Shown: piece by piece, positions 63,501 to 64,000 of the stretch
How the letters are laid out: every line of letters starts with the position of its first letter
Position numbering within the stretch: the first letter of the stretch is position 1
NCBI GenBank assembly: GCA_030390025.1
Contig: CM059433.1
Span: 26,972,001-27,036,000, forward strand
Reading direction: 5' to 3'
DNA from: Squalus acanthias
Taxonomy: Eukaryota
Length of the DNA stretch: 64,000 nucleotides
Notes under the pieces: generated by a model
What the model saw: the letters and a program-made list of their open reading frames with translations, nothing else
Told to the model about the DNA's origin: nothing
Database searches by the model: none
Program-made: the position numbers and the translations under genes

Positions 63501-64000
63501 TTGGTCGCCTTATCTGAGGAAGGATGTTCTTGCCATGGAGGGAGTGCAGCGAAGATTTACCAGACTGATACCTGGGATGGCAGGAATGACGTATGAAGAG
63601 GAATTGGGTCGATTAGGCTTATATTCGCTAGAGTTTAGAAGAATGAGAGGGGATCTCATTGAAACTTATAAAATTCTAACAGGACTAGACAGACTAGATG
63701 CAGGAAGGATGATCCCGATAGCGGGGGAGTCCAGAACCAGGGGTCACAGTCTAAGGATAAGGGGTAAGCCATTTAGGACTGAGATGAGGAGGAATTTCTT
63801 CACCCAGAGAGTGGTGAACCTGTGGAATTCTCTACCACAGAAGGCAGTTGAGGCCAATTCATTAAATATATTCAAGAAGGAGATAGATATATTTCTTAAG
63901 ACTAAAGGGATCAAGGGATATGGGGAGAAAGCAGGGACAGGGTACTGAATTTGGATGAGCCGAATGGCCTACTCCTGCTCCTATCTTCTATGCTTCTATC
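60578..64000 (+). mobile_element. 5'-truncated CR1 LINE: ORF1 esterase (SGNH) end, open ORF2 and 3' tail
   Basis: VHIGTNDIG...DGLHL at 60620-60964; 3' end cctactcctgctcctat...ttctat at the window edge. Confidence 0.92.
61150..63948 (+). CDS. CR1 ORF2, 932 aa: apurinic-like endonuclease plus reverse transcriptase
   Basis: NARSIRNK, ITETWL, YRPP, SDH, KSPGP, QHGF, LDFQKAFD, QGSVLGP, FADD; no internal stop. Confidence 0.9.
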   Translation: MCLNARSIRNKVDELAAQIDVNGYDIIGITETWLQGDQGWEFNIQGYSIFRKDRQKGKGGGVALLVKEEINTIVRKDISSDDVESVWVELRNTKGQKTLVGVVYRPPNSNAEVGDGIKREIRDACNKGTAVIMGDINLHTDWANQISNNTVEEEFLECIRDDFLDQYVEEPTRDQAILDWVLCNEKGLISNLVVRGPLGRSDHNMIEFFIKMESEVVDSETRVLNLNKGNYDGMRRELARMDWGALLKGLTVDRQWQTFKDRMDELQNLFIPVWHKNKTKRVTQPWLTREIRDSIRSKDRTYKLARKSNKPEDWEQFRIQQRRTKGLIKRGEIEYESKLAGNIKTDCKSFYRYVKRKRLVKSSVGPLQSESGEFIMGNKEMADQLNTYFGSIFTKEDTNKLPEMLGNIGSNEREELNEISICREMVLGKLMGLKADKSPGPNNLHPRVLKEVALEIVDALLVIFQNSIDSGPVPMDWRVANVTPLFKKGGRDKTGNYRPVSLTLVVGKMLESIIKDVIAEHLENSDRIGQSQHGFTKGKSCLTNLLEIFENVTGRIDKGESVDVVYLDFQKAFDKVPHKRLACKVKAHGIGGKVLIWIENWLADRKQRVGINGSFSEWQAVTSGVLQGSVLGPQLFTIYINDLDEGTRCNISKFADDTKLGGRVCCEEDAEKLQYDLDRLGDWADAWQIQYNVDKCEVIHFGGKNRKTDYYLNGNRLGKGEVQRDLGVLVHQLLKVSMQVQQAVKKANGMLVFIARGFEYRSKDVLLQLYKALARPHLEYCVQFWSPYLRKDVLAMEGVQRRFTRLIPGMAGMTYEEELGRLGLYSLEFRRMRGDLIETYKILTGLDRLDAGRMIPIAGESRTRGHSLRIRGKPFRTEMRRNFFTQRVVNLWNSLPQKAVEANSLNIFKKEIDIFLKTKGIKGYGEKAGTGY

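Overview
Repeat-rich vertebrate DNA, most likely from a shark or other cartilaginous fish, judged from its Deu-domain tRNA-SINEs, CR1/L2 LINEs and Harbinger families. Two host genes are arranged tail-to-tail. FBXO30 (+) has coding exons 4585-6693 and 14479-14682 (about 770 aa). A COL21A1-like collagen (-) shows its last two coding exons at 53973-54050 and 44722-44909. The standout element is a deleted endogenous foamy-like retrovirus (spumaretrovirus) at about 57072-60303. It consists of a 5' LTR stub, RNase H end, an integrase with foamy-type N- and C-terminal domains, a 5' env remnant, a PPT and a 1.2-kb 3' LTR. It interrupts the Myb/SANT exon of a Harbinger transposon that also carries a CR1 with an open ORF2, all probably inside a collagen intron. 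The rest is nested Harbinger elements and MITEs, LINE and SINE fragments, a probable second LTR, a 26-bp minisatellite and a locally templated 107-bp insertion. All family assignments come from recalled protein and sequence motifs; no database search was run.
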